64,000 bases of DNA from Candidatus Marinacidobacterales bacterium (GTDB taxonomy: Bacteria > Acidobacteriota > Vicinamibacteria > Marinacidobacterales > SMYC01), in assembly GCA_965224085.1 (NCBI GenBank), contig CBDCYI010000011.1, forward strand, positions 832,001-896,000, in the 5' to 3' direction. How positions within the stretch are numbered: the stretch's first letter is position 1; every line of letters begins with the position of its first letter. A program made the position numbers and the translations under genes. Below the pieces are notes generated by a model. That model was not told the origin of the DNA, searched no databases, and saw only the letters and a list, made by a program, of their open reading frames with translations. Positions 51,050 to 60,694 of this stretch are shown piece by piece.

Positions 51050-51316
51050 CTAGCGCTTTTCGCGGAGCTTGTGGCTGTGGTTCGCGTCGAGGTCTAGGCT
51101 ATAGACCTTCTTCAAGTCATTGATGCGTTTGAGGCTGTCGCTTTCGAAGGCGCATTTGCCATCGAAGGCGTGGAGGACGATACCTTCCAACAGGTCGCCG
51201 AGGCTCATGTCGTGGTATTCGGCGAGACCTTTCAGTACTTTGAGCAGACGCCTCTCGATGCGGACGCCTGTCTGGACCCGCTCCACGATGGGGTCGGGCT
51301 GGCGGGGCTTGGCCAT
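51050..51316 (-). CDS. small ribbon-helix-helix-like conserved protein
   Basis: RVQTGVRIERRLLKVLKGLAEYHDMSLGDLLE. Confidence 0.75.
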   Translation of the reverse strand: MAKPRQPDPIVERVQTGVRIERRLLKVLKGLAEYHDMSLGDLLEGIVLHAFDGKCAFESDSLKRINDLKKVYSLDLDANHSHKLREKR

Positions 51317-51376
51317 AGGTACCAGTGTACCTCACGACCGCGGCTACGTCCTTGGGGGAAGGATGCTTGACTCGCG

Positions 51377-51532
51377 TCAGTTTCTGGAGATATCCAGCTT
51401 CGGTAGTTCTTTGGTGAAGGGCTCGAGCTCTTCGTCGTACGGAACCCCGTCGGCCTGAGCTTCGTGGTACAGGCCTTCGGAATCTTTTAGCGACTCGGGT
51501 TCGACTACCTTCATATCCCTGTTGCTATGCAT
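51377..51532 (-). CDS. small acidic protein (51 aa)
   Basis: AAGGA RBS before ATG 51532; a sigma54-like promoter lies upstream. Confidence 0.5.
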   Translation of the reverse strand: MHSNRDMKVVEPESLKDSEGLYHEAQADGVPYDEELEPFTKELPKLDISRN

Positions 51533-51599
51533 CGTTCGCTTCCTTGTGCGACTCTTGGTGTAGTGAGCGGAACTACGTTCTGCCCACGGGAGATTCGTA

Positions 51600-51616
51600 T
51601 GCAAAACACGAGCCAA
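51600..51616 (-). promoter_or_regulatory. sigma54 (-24/-12) promoter
   Basis: Minus strand TTGGCTCGTGTTTTGCA against the consensus YTGGCACGNNNNTTGCW (one mismatch). Confidence 0.6.
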
Positions 51617-51763
51617 CGCAAGCGGATTCCACGCATTTAGGAACGGCGCGTTTGGCGCCGGTTTACGGGCGTTCAGTAGAGTGTGTGCCTGCACGGGCGG
51701 TGAAAAAGCTGCACACCATGTAAAAAAGTATGGCACAAGACCCAAAATTTGGATCCTCGTCGA

Positions 51764-52070
51764 TTATTTTGGATTGTCGAGCCAGGCGAAGACCTCGAGC
51801 GTATACCCCTCGGGGTCTTTGAAGCCGAACGCCTTCACATGGCCATCGGCGCCGATGCGAGGGCCCTCGCCCACGTCGATCCCCTTGTTTTTGAGGTAAT
51901 CCCACCACGCGTCGACGTCTTTCTCCTCGACGGCAATGCTCACCATCACCGGTTTGTCGCCGGAAGGTTTGTGTGCGCCGCCCGACGCGTTGACGAGACC
52001 CACGGACGAGGTCGGTGAGAGCTTGTAAATCTTGACCCAGTCGAGGTCGAAGGCGAGTAGCGCGGCGATC
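51764..52070 (-). pseudogene. VOC/glyoxalase family protein lacking its N-terminus
   Basis: DLDWVKIYK...DVDAWWDYLK...FGFKDPEGYTLEVF; the upstream sequence looks unrelated. Confidence 0.65.
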
Positions 52071-52221
52071 CGGCGCTTCGTCTTCGAGCCCGTGGACAAA
52101 GCACCCTCGGGCTCGATCTGGATCATCGAGAGCGGGATCCCGCTTGCGGAAGCCTATACGATCTGAAGAAAATGGCTCAGGGGTCTAGAAATGCTGCAGG
52201 TTCTTTATACCGCTCGTCGCG

Positions 52222-52944
52222 GTGTGCGCGATGACGGAGCTCGATTTCGAGACGACGGTGGCCGCGATCCAGCGTGCGGCCATCGAGCAAGATCGCGAAA
52301 CGTTGTCAAGTTCGCGCGAAATCTTGGCCGAAGCTATCGAAGCCGCCGCCGCCGCGAACCAGCCGGCGCTTCGCTACGCGCACGCCTTTGCGAGCTGGCA
52401 ACTCGCGGCGGGCGAGCCGCGTGGCTCCAAAACGTACAAGGGCTATCTCAAAGATGCCGAGGAGCAGCTCGAGCGCGACTTGAAGCAGAACCCAAACGAC
52501 GCCGAAGCCCAAGCGCTCTATGGCACGGTGAATGGCTGGCTCGTGACGGGGATGTGGAGCGGCCTTCGGCGCGGGCCGCGTGCGGACAAGGCTTACAAAA
52601 AAGCTCGCGAGCTCGCGCCCGAGAATCCGCGCGTCGCGATGCATCAAGGTGTGAGCCGCTTGTTCCGCCCGGAGATGTTCGGCGGCGGGCTCGATAAAGC
52701 CGAAGCCGAGCTCACCGAAGCGCTTGAGTTGTTCGAAAAAGAGCCTGCCGAGAAGGAGTGGCCCAATGGCGGGCATGCCGAGAACTTCGGGTGGATGGGA
52801 CAAGTGATGTTCCGTAAAGGAGAAATGGACAAAGCGCGCGCATATTACGAGCAAGCGCTCGAGCTCGAGCCCGACTACCACTGGGTTTTGGAGGTGTTGA
52901 TCCCTGAGCTCGAGGCGGCGACGACCCAAGGTCGAGGCCGTTGA
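52222..52944 (+). CDS. tetratricopeptide repeat protein
   Basis: Helical repeats ending NPND, APEN and LEPDY. Confidence 0.82.
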   Translation: MCAMTELDFETTVAAIQRAAIEQDRETLSSSREILAEAIEAAAAANQPALRYAHAFASWQLAAGEPRGSKTYKGYLKDAEEQLERDLKQNPNDAEAQALYGTVNGWLVTGMWSGLRRGPRADKAYKKARELAPENPRVAMHQGVSRLFRPEMFGGGLDKAEAELTEALELFEKEPAEKEWPNGGHAENFGWMGQVMFRKGEMDKARAYYEQALELEPDYHWVLEVLIPELEAATTQGRGR

Positions 52945-52954
52945 GCGATTCCTG

Positions 52955-52983
52955 TTGACAAAAAATGCGATCTGGGCCATCGT
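52955..52983 (+). promoter_or_regulatory. sigma70-type promoter
   Basis: TTGACA-17-CATCGT (the -10 is weak). Confidence 0.5.
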
Positions 52984-52989
52984 GAGGTC

Positions 52990-53278
52990 AGTTCTACTCC
53001 GCGCGCCTCATAGGTAGGCGTGTGGCGGCTCCGTGGCGGGTTGTGGGCGGCCCCGAGAGCTGGACGGGCGGGCCCCGTCAATCGTTGGAACGTCCGGAAA
53101 GGGGGTGGTCCAGTGAGTAGTACTACAGTTTCCGTGGAGGTGGCGTCCCCTTAGGTGGAGCAGCACTCTTCGTGCGTAGCGAGGGTGCGTCCCCCAAGTA
53201 GATCTTGGAGGGGAAGCCCACGCCACCAAAGCGAAGCTACCGAGCCCCGGTTTCGCGGATGCGAAGCCGGGGCTCTTG
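52990..53278 (+). ncRNA. candidate structured ncRNA or sORF transcript with extended 16S-complementary motif
   Basis: Lies between a promoter and a terminator, has several hairpins and no long ORF, and carries AAAGGGGGTGGTCCAG at 53098-53113. Confidence 0.6.
53242..53278 (+). terminator. strong GC hairpin, likely an intrinsic terminator
   Basis: GAGCCCCGGTTTCGC-ggat-GCGAAGCCGGGGCTC-TT (short U tract). Confidence 0.7.
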
Positions 53279-53305
53279 CTATTTGGGTGTAGTAGGATCG
53301 GGGGC

Positions 53306-53833
53306 ATGAATTTTCTCGAAGGTTTTTCCAAGATCACAAGAACCGACGCGTTCGTGAACTCGGGCGTCGGACTCGAGCAGGAGCTCGACCCGTCCAAAAT
53401 CGATTTCGCCGTTGTCGGCGACAGCTTCCAGGACTTCTTCCGTCAAGGCGTTCGGATCAGCCCCACGCTTCTTACGATGCCGAAAGGCTGCGTGCAGCAA
53501 GGGCCGCATTGCCATCCGGGCGGCGAGTTCAGCTACGTCGTCGAAGGCGAATATTTCGACGGCGACATGGAGGGCGGCGTGATCCACGCGTATCCGGCTG
53601 GCTCGATCGTTTTCTACAGCCAAGGCTCCACACACCGGCCCCTGTCCAAGGAAGGCGCGCGCATCCTCTACATCCCGTTCGACGGAATCATCTTCGGCAA
53701 GGACCCGGAAGACCTCGCGCGCAAGATGGTCAAAGTCGGTACTGGTGAGGAAGCCGTCGAGTACGCGCTCCAGTGGATGGTGCCGGATGCCGGCGAGCGA
53801 CAAGAGCTTGCTGACGTCGTTTTGCGTTCGTAA
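53306..53833 (+). CDS. cupin domain protein
   Basis: PHCHPGGEFSYVVEG and YPAGS....GSTH motifs. Confidence 0.8.
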   Translation: MNFLEGFSKITRTDAFVNSGVGLEQELDPSKIDFAVVGDSFQDFFRQGVRISPTLLTMPKGCVQQGPHCHPGGEFSYVVEGEYFDGDMEGGVIHAYPAGSIVFYSQGSTHRPLSKEGARILYIPFDGIIFGKDPEDLARKMVKVGTGEEAVEYALQWMVPDAGERQELADVVLRS

Positions 53834-53843
53834 AAACGGTCTT

Positions 53844-55100
53844 TCAGCTTCCGATACAGATCAGCTCGCCTTCCGTCCTGAAGTACCAGCGTCCGTCCAC
53901 AAGTGCGGGCGAGGCGAGGGTGCGTGCGCCAAAGCGGTTCACGTGGAGAAGCTCGAACTCCGGACCCGCTTTGAGAACGAAAGTCTCACCCTCGTCGTTC
54001 GTGAAGAAGACCTTCCCATCGACCGCGACGGGCGAGGCTGAGAAGCCTTCTTTCGGCGCGTTTCCCAGTCTGCCCTGAAACAGCACTTTGCCCGTCTCGG
54101 CTTCGAAGCTGGTGACGATCGACTGCATGTCGTTGATCGTATAGAGCTGCCCGTCGACGATGATGGCCGAAGGAACGAAAGGCGCCCCCTTCGGACTCTT
54201 CCAGACGACGTGTGTGCCGGTGACGTCGCCGCTTCCGCCCGGACGGATCGCGAGCGTCGGACCAGCCCTTCCCGAAGACGCGAAGACGAGATCGTGCCCG
54301 ACGACCGGAGTAGGGATGACTTCGAACTTGTTGCCCGTGACGGTCCATAGCGCGCTGCCGCTGTTTGGGTTATAGGCGGTCACATTGCCTTGGCTCGAGA
54401 CAATGAGCTCATCCCGCCCGTCTGCTTGAATCACGACCGGCGTTCCCCAGCCGGTTCGCGTTTCGCGCTCGGTGCGCCAAACCCGTTCACCGCTTTTTTT
54501 GTCGAAAGCCGCGACGAAGGACTGCCCCTGGTGATCCTGGTACAGGATGACTTTGTCTTTGTAGAAAATTGGAGAGCCGGCCGACCCGTGATAGTTGTCG
54601 AGGGTCCCAACTTTGCTTTGCCACACGATCTTGCCGTCGAAATCCATCGCGACGAGTCCGTGGGTGCCAAAAGAAGCGTAGATCAACTGTCCATCGGTAA
54701 TCGGCGTCGCCGAGGCATGGCCGTTTTTGCCGTGGCCTCTCTCGACGCCTTTTTGCGCCGCGGCGGTCTTCCATAGCAGCTTTCCGCCTGAGCGGTCGTA
54801 GCTCAGAATCGACAGGCGACGCCCGCCGTCTTCGGCCGTCGTCAGAAAGAGTCGATCGTCCCAGACGATCGGCGAGGAGTTGCCCGCACCGGGGACGGCG
54901 ACTTTCCACACCACGTTCTCGGAATCCGACCAGCGATCCGGATAACCGGAGCCCACCACGTAGCCTTGGCCCGACGGCCCGCGCCAGCTAGGCCAGTAAC
55001 GCGCGCCCTCGCCCTCGACCGTAATCATGCTTACTTTGTCTTTGCCGAAACCGGCAGTGGCGATGAGCAAAAGGGTTGCGACCAAAGTTCTCTTCGACAT
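53844..55100 (-). CDS. PQQ-like beta-propeller protein (BamB-like repeats)
   Basis: Signal peptide, WPSWRGP, GNSSP and repeated G..LW blades. Confidence 0.88.
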   Translation of the reverse strand: MSKRTLVATLLLIATAGFGKDKVSMITVEGEGARYWPSWRGPSGQGYVVGSGYPDRWSDSENVVWKVAVPGAGNSSPIVWDDRLFLTTAEDGGRRLSILSYDRSGGKLLWKTAAAQKGVERGHGKNGHASATPITDGQLIYASFGTHGLVAMDFDGKIVWQSKVGTLDNYHGSAGSPIFYKDKVILYQDHQGQSFVAAFDKKSGERVWRTERETRTGWGTPVVIQADGRDELIVSSQGNVTAYNPNSGSALWTVTGNKFEVIPTPVVGHDLVFASSGRAGPTLAIRPGGSGDVTGTHVVWKSPKGAPFVPSAIIVDGQLYTINDMQSIVTSFEAETGKVLFQGRLGNAPKEGFSASPVAVDGKVFFTNDEGETFVLKAGPEFELLHVNRFGARTLASPALVDGRWYFRTEGELICIGS

Positions 55101-55135
55101 CGTTGTACTCCTCACGATGAATATTAGGCTGCGGG

Positions 55136-56543
55136 CTAGCGGCTCGCAAGAGCTTCTTGCGCTTCGCGCGTGACGTTCTGAAGCGTTCTAAGGTAGCCGT
55201 CGAACTCCGTCGAAAGCTCGTCGAAGACCTCGTAGTGCGCGCGGTTCGGCCGCCCATCCGCGCGCTGAATATTGAACAGGAGGCCCGCTAGCCGGTCGTT
55301 GAGATGGATCGGGAAGCGATCTTGTCCTTGGGGCTCTGGTTCTTGATCTGGTAGAGCTTCGCTTCGACGGCCGTCAAACGCTCGGCGATCGATGGGGGTG
55401 CCCCAGATGCGTGCAGCCTTAATTTGAGCGCCCGTATCGCGATCACGGCTTCGTTCGCTTCGCTCGTACGATCGCGGACGTGGCTTGCCAGGCGAAACTG
55501 TTCTTCGAGATCAGCGAGCGAAACGCGCTCGAGCCGCGGGTCTTTGAGGATCTCGAACGTTTCCGTGGTCGTGTGGCGGGACGTCTTCACCCGTGCGCGA
55601 TACGTGCCTGGAGGCGCCCAAGGGCCGCGGCGCGGGCTCGGGCTTTCGAGCACCATCCCGTCGAACACGGTGGCGCCGGGGTAGCGCAGACCCCACCGCA
55701 GCCGATTCAAGCCCGTCTCGAGTCCGTCGATCGACAAGCGACGCACGAGCTCGCCTCTAGCATCCAGAATCTCGACGGCATCCACGCTCTCCGAAGACTC
55801 GAGATAGATGAGCAGGTTCTGTGTTCCCGAGTCGCGAACGATGAGGTGGCCGCTCGAGACGTAGCGCGCGCTCGTGTAGCCCTCGAGCACCGTGCGCACC
55901 GTGCCCGTTTCGAGTGAAACCACGACCACGCGATCCTGATTTCGCCGAGCCAAAGAGACGAGCACGTCCTTGTTACCCGGCAGCACCTGTGGCCAGTAAA
56001 AAAAGCTATGTGGCTCCGTTTTGCCGATGGGCTCGGGCACACCCCATCTTCGGAGACGCGGGATAGTTGCGGGCCGCCGACAACGATCGTTCCGTCCGAC
56101 GCCCAACTCCCACCGTTCCCACCGCCATCGAGAATCCTCGTAGGCGCGCCCCCGGCGAGGGCTACCTTTTGCAGTCCGCGACCCGGGTCCCAATACACGA
56201 CGGATTGGCCGTCCGGCGAAAAAAAAGGCATCGTCCCACCTTCCGTGCCCGGAATTGCGACGGCCTCGAAAACTCCCACCCGGCGTAGGTAAAGCTGCGA
56301 AGCCAACTCGCTTCCCTGGGAATAGACGATGTTTCGGCCGTCCGGAGAGATGTCGAAGGACGCCAGAATTCCGTAGCCCTGGCCGCCGCTCATGAGTTGG
56401 TGTCCTACCGGAAGCGACACGGACAACCTCGTCGTGTCGGCGGTACCCGAACCCCTGAACAGCACACCGGCGCTCACAGCAGCCAGTAAAGCCAAAGTCC
56501 AAAGGAAACGCTCACCGATTCTGGATGCCGGCGCCATCGGCAA
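55136..56543 (-). pseudogene. chimera: kinase-associated PD40/TolB-like propeller fragment fused to the C-terminus of a sortilin/BNR glycosyl-hydrolase-like protein
   Basis: ISPDGRNIV and PFFSPDGQ repeats, then GLNRLRWGLRYPG..GPWAPPGTY..DPR..LYQIKNQS; multiple frameshifts. Confidence 0.7.
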
Positions 56544-56692
56544 GGAATATTCGGATGGTTGAGGCTCGAGACTGCGCGCGCCTCCTGCTCGAAACGCGGA
56601 AAGCCTAGGGACGGTGGTGTCGGTGGTGTAGGTGCCGGCCTTTTATCCTGGGGAACCAGATGTCGCCAGCCTCTCGACGACGGCGCGGGTCC

Positions 56693-58468
56693 CTACTGCG
56701 CCCATCGTTCCCAGCCGATTCGGTGAACGAGCTTGTGCACGCAGACGCAGCAGAAACCGGCGCCGCCGAGTGCGAGAAGCCCTCGGCTCGTTTCGCCGAA
56801 GAGGATGAGCCCAAGCCCTGGGATCGTCAGATAGACGACGGCCGTCGCGACAAAGGCAGCGACGAACGACATCACGACGTGCTGGTCGACGTCCACACCA
56901 GGATTCCGCGCCGCGACCGGCTTCCACCCCGCGCCACCCGGCCAAATTTTCTCGTAAAACCCGTCCAGCGTGCCGTCTTTCTCGGGCTTGGTAAGGAACG
57001 TGACGAGAAGCCACGTCGGGATCGTGAGCGCTGCTACGATCGCGAGCCGGTGCTCGTTCGACTCGACGTAGCGGCTCACGATAATGAAATAGATGAGAGA
57101 AGCGATCATCGCGCTGATCTCGGACCACGCGTTCACGCGCCACCAGAACCACCGCAGCATGAACACCGCGCCCGTGCCGGCGCCGAGGGCCGCGAGGAAC
57201 TTCCACGCTTCGTCGACGGCAATCCCGCGCATGAGCCAGGATGAGCCGGTGCAGACGACGATGACCCCGATCGTCGCCAAGCGTGAAACGCGCGTGAGGT
57301 GCTTCTCGTCCGCGTCGGGCTTCAAGAACCTCCTGTAGAAATCTCCGACGAGATACGACGCGGCCCAATTGATTTGCGTGCTGATCGTGGACATGAACGC
57401 CGCGAAGAACGTGACGAGCATGATGCCGCGGAGCCCGGCCGGCGCTAGGTCGCGGATCAGCATGGGATAGCCGACCCCGGGATCCTCGAGTTCACGAAGG
57501 TTGGGATAAACCGCGAGCGCCGTGAGCGCGACGAGAAGCCACGGCCACGGTCGCAAACAATAGTGCGCGAGTTGAAACCACAGGGTCGCGAGCAGCGCGT
57601 CCCGCTCGCTCCGGCACGATGCCATGCGCTGGACTGTCGAGCCGCCGCCACCGGGCTCCGAGCCGGGATACCAAGACGCCCACCATTGAACGAAGAGCGT
57701 GATCAGAAAAATGTTGAGGGGCATCCACGGATCGGCGGCAGAGAAGTCGGGTAGGAAGCGCAGGATTTGCTCGCCGCCTTCGTAGTTCGTCGCCAAGCGC
57801 TCGCGCAACGCGTCGAGCCCGCCGACGTGGCGTACGCAATAGACCGCGAACACGATGAAGCCTGCCATGGCGACGATGAACTGGAGGAAGTCTGTGATGA
57901 CGACGCCCCAAAGCCCCGAGAGCGTGCTGTAGAGGCCGACGATCGCGAAGAGCGCGAGGATGATGAGCCAGTCGCTTGCACCCGTTGCGGTCTGTGTCCC
58001 CGAGAACACGGTGAACTTGAGCACGTTGAGCATGGCGGCTGTGACCCAACCGACGATGATCGGGTTCACGAGAAACGCGATATAGATCGATCGGAAGCCG
58101 CGGAGAAAAGCGGCGGGCTTACCTCCGTAGCGAAGCTCGACGAGCTCGACATCGGTCATGACCCCGGCGCGGCGCCAGAGCCGCGCGTAGACGAAAACGA
58201 TCACCATACCGCCGAGCGCGAAAGACCACCAGAACCAATTACCTGCGATCCCGTGGCGTGCCACGAGGCCGGTGACCGCGAGCGGAGTGTCCGCGGCAAA
58301 TGAAGTCGCGACCATGGACGTACCGGCAATCCACCACGGGAGGGTACGTCCGGAGAGAAAAAATTCGGCGAGGCTCGACCCAGCCCGCTTGCGGAAGGCG
58401 AGACCGACCCCCAGCGCAATGGCGAAATAGGCGACGATGATAATCCAGTCGATGGTGGCGAGAGTCAT
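56693..58468 (-). CDS. sodium:solute symporter family protein
   Basis: FFLSGRTLPWW, SMVATSFAADTP and AAFMSTIS motifs; many TM helices. Confidence 0.92.
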   Translation of the reverse strand: MTLATIDWIIIVAYFAIALGVGLAFRKRAGSSLAEFFLSGRTLPWWIAGTSMVATSFAADTPLAVTGLVARHGIAGNWFWWSFALGGMVIVFVYARLWRRAGVMTDVELVELRYGGKPAAFLRGFRSIYIAFLVNPIIVGWVTAAMLNVLKFTVFSGTQTATGASDWLIILALFAIVGLYSTLSGLWGVVITDFLQFIVAMAGFIVFAVYCVRHVGGLDALRERLATNYEGGEQILRFLPDFSAADPWMPLNIFLITLFVQWWASWYPGSEPGGGGSTVQRMASCRSERDALLATLWFQLAHYCLRPWPWLLVALTALAVYPNLRELEDPGVGYPMLIRDLAPAGLRGIMLVTFFAAFMSTISTQINWAASYLVGDFYRRFLKPDADEKHLTRVSRLATIGVIVVCTGSSWLMRGIAVDEAWKFLAALGAGTGAVFMLRWFWWRVNAWSEISAMIASLIYFIIVSRYVESNEHRLAIVAALTIPTWLLVTFLTKPEKDGTLDGFYEKIWPGGAGWKPVAARNPGVDVDQHVVMSFVAAFVATAVVYLTIPGLGLILFGETSRGLLALGGAGFCCVCVHKLVHRIGWERWAQ

Positions 58469-58514
58469 GGCCAGCGGGCGGATGCTACCATAGGCAAGAT
58501 AGCGGGTCGTGGGG

Positions 58515-58925
58515 CTAGCTTTTGAACGGGTTCCTGACGACGACGCCGTCGTAGTCCTGCCCGTCGCTCAAGTCTTCGGAAACAACCTCCCCACATCGGA
58601 GTGAGCGCGCAGCCTCGATGATTGCCGCGTCCCAGTATGAGATTTGGAAGCGTGCTTTTGTCTCGAGACCGGCCGCCACGATCGCCAAAGTTGTCTCTTG
58701 AACCGGGAAGCGGAGGAACGCTTCGATAAGACCGACCGCGTCCTCGCGCTGCAATGCGTTTCGTTTCGTGGTGCGCGTGGCTTGAACGTAGAATTCCTCG
58801 ATGACTTGTACGGATAGCGCGAGATCGTTGGCGTCCAGGATTTCGCGTGCGATCCGCGCTTTTTTCTGCTCGTTGCGAGCCGTGCTCACCGCATAGAGCA
58901 AAACGTTGGTATCAACGAAGCGCAT
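58515..58925 (-). CDS. vapC: PIN-domain (VapC-like) toxin
   Basis: FVDTNVLLYA, QVIEEF, SYWDAAI, SEDL and NPF motifs. Confidence 0.9.
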   Translation of the reverse strand: MRFVDTNVLLYAVSTARNEQKKARIAREILDANDLALSVQVIEEFYVQATRTTKRNALQREDAVGLIEAFLRFPVQETTLAIVAAGLETKARFQISYWDAAIIEAARSLRCGEVVSEDLSDGQDYDGVVVRNPFKS

Positions 58926-59154
58926 TGCGTTCGTGGATCTTGTCGCGGCTCTCGCGATCACCGGCTCTGAAGGATGTGATCTTGGCGAGGATTTTGGATT
59001 GGAGTTTTTTTCGTCGCTCGAAATCAGAGGTGTCAGAGCCGAGCTCGATTAGGAACTCGCGCACGAGAGCGCTGACCGATGTATCGCGTTCAGCGGCCTT
59101 CACCCGGGCGCGGCGATAGATGTCCTTTGGAACCGCGACGGTTGTATTTTTCAC
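58912..59154 (-). CDS. RHH antitoxin
   Basis: MKNTTVAVPKDIYRRARVKAAERDTSVSALVREFL; overlaps the toxin start. Confidence 0.85.
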   Translation of the reverse strand: MKNTTVAVPKDIYRRARVKAAERDTSVSALVREFLIELGSDTSDFERRKKLQSKILAKITSFRAGDRESRDKIHERNALR

Positions 59155-59230
59155 ATATTCACGTTAACACAGGATCACAGCTACACAACATCTCGGTCGA
59201 CGGCAGCCTAGTGCTACCATAGGCGCCGTT

Positions 59231-60694
59231 ATGGATTTCGATTTGGTGATACGTGACGGCAACGCCGTCACAGCGACGGAAGAAGTGTTCTGCGATATCG
59301 GTATCAAGGGCGGCACAATTGCCGCGATCGGGAAGAAGCTCCCCAAGGGCGAGAGCGAGATCGATGCGGACGGGAACTACGTCTTTCCCGGAGGGATCGA
59401 CAGCCACACCCACATCGAGCAGCTCTCCTCTTCCGGCATCATGTGCGCCGACGATTTCTACACCGGGACCGTTTCTGCGGCACACGGCGGCACGACGACC
59501 ATTCTGTCCTTTGCGGCGCAGCACAAAGGCGACTCGCTGCGCGACGTCGTTTCGGATTATCACTTGAAGGCCAAAGAGAAAGCCGTTATCGACTACGGCT
59601 TCCATCTCATCATCTCGGACCCGAGCGAGTCGGTGATGCGGGACGAGCTGCCCGAGCTCATCCGAAACGGCTATACGTCGTTCAAAGTCTACATGACCTA
59701 TGACGCGCTCCGGCTCGACGACTTTCAGATGCTCGACGTCTTCCACCTTGCGCGGCGCGAAGGCGCTCTCACGATGATCCACGCCGAGAATCACGACCTC
59801 ATTCGATGGGTCACGAAGCGGCTTCTCGACCTCGGCGCGCACGCGCCGAAGTTTCACGCCGTAAGCCATCCGCGCCTCGCGGAAGGGGAGGCAACATCGC
59901 GCGCGATCTCGCTCGCAGAGTTTCTCGACACCCCGTGCCTCATCGTGCATGTTTCTGCCGAAGACGGCATGGCGGCGATCCAGCGGGCGCAGCGACGCGG
60001 GCTCAAAGTCTTCGCCGAAACTTGTCCCCAATATCTTTTTCTCACGGCAGAGGACCTCGACCAGCCGGGCATGGCGGGTGCGATGTGTTGTTGCAGCCCG
60101 CCGCCCCGGGACGAAGCGTCACAAGATGCTATCTGGCGCGGTCTCGCGAACGGCACGTTTCAAGTCTTCTCTTCGGATCACGCACCCTATCGTTTTGACG
60201 AGACCGGCAAGCTCTCGCAAGGCGAGGACGCACCGTTCAACAAGATTGCGAACGGCGTGCCGGGCCTCGAAGTGCGGATGCCGCTCCTGTTCTCGGAAGG
60301 CGTCGTGAAAAAGCGGATCGACCTCCATCAATTTGTCGAGCTCACGTCGACGCGTGCGGCCAAGCTCTATGGCATGTTTCCGCGCAAAGGCAGCATCTCA
60401 GTTGGTGCGGACGCGGATCTCGTCATCTGGGATGGGCAGAAAGAGGTCACCATCGCTTGGGAGAACCTTCATGACAATGTCGGCTACACGCCCTACGAAG
60501 GTCGCAAGGTGACGGGGTGGCCCGTGGCGGTGCTCAGCCGGGGCCGCGTTGTGGTGGACGCTGGCGAGCTCCAAGCCGAAAAAGGCAGTGGTCTGTTCAT
60601 CCCTCGGGAGAAGCCGAGCTCGGCTGAGCCGCTAGGGCGCGGCTCGTACGAAGCGGGTCTCCGGGCGCGCTACGGTTTTGGTGAGGCATGGTAA
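59231..60694 (+). CDS. hydA: dihydropyrimidinase / D-hydantoinase
   Basis: PGGIDSHTH, GGTTT, SFKVY, HAEN, ETCPQY and SSDHAP motifs. Confidence 0.92.
   Translation: MDFDLVIRDGNAVTATEEVFCDIGIKGGTIAAIGKKLPKGESEIDADGNYVFPGGIDSHTHIEQLSSSGIMCADDFYTGTVSAAHGGTTTILSFAAQHKGDSLRDVVSDYHLKAKEKAVIDYGFHLIISDPSESVMRDELPELIRNGYTSFKVYMTYDALRLDDFQMLDVFHLARREGALTMIHAENHDLIRWVTKRLLDLGAHAPKFHAVSHPRLAEGEATSRAISLAEFLDTPCLIVHVSAEDGMAAIQRAQRRGLKVFAETCPQYLFLTAEDLDQPGMAGAMCCCSPPPRDEASQDAIWRGLANGTFQVFSSDHAPYRFDETGKLSQGEDAPFNKIANGVPGLEVRMPLLFSEGVVKKRIDLHQFVELTSTRAAKLYGMFPRKGSISVGADADLVIWDGQKEVTIAWENLHDNVGYTPYEGRKVTGWPVAVLSRGRVVVDAGELQAEKGSGLFIPREKPSSAEPLGRGSYEAGLRARYGFGEAW

Noticed and set aside
58515-59154. vapBC pair and macrodomain gene as parts of a defence island
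   Set aside because: Both are isolated, ordinary genes with no clustered defence neighbours.
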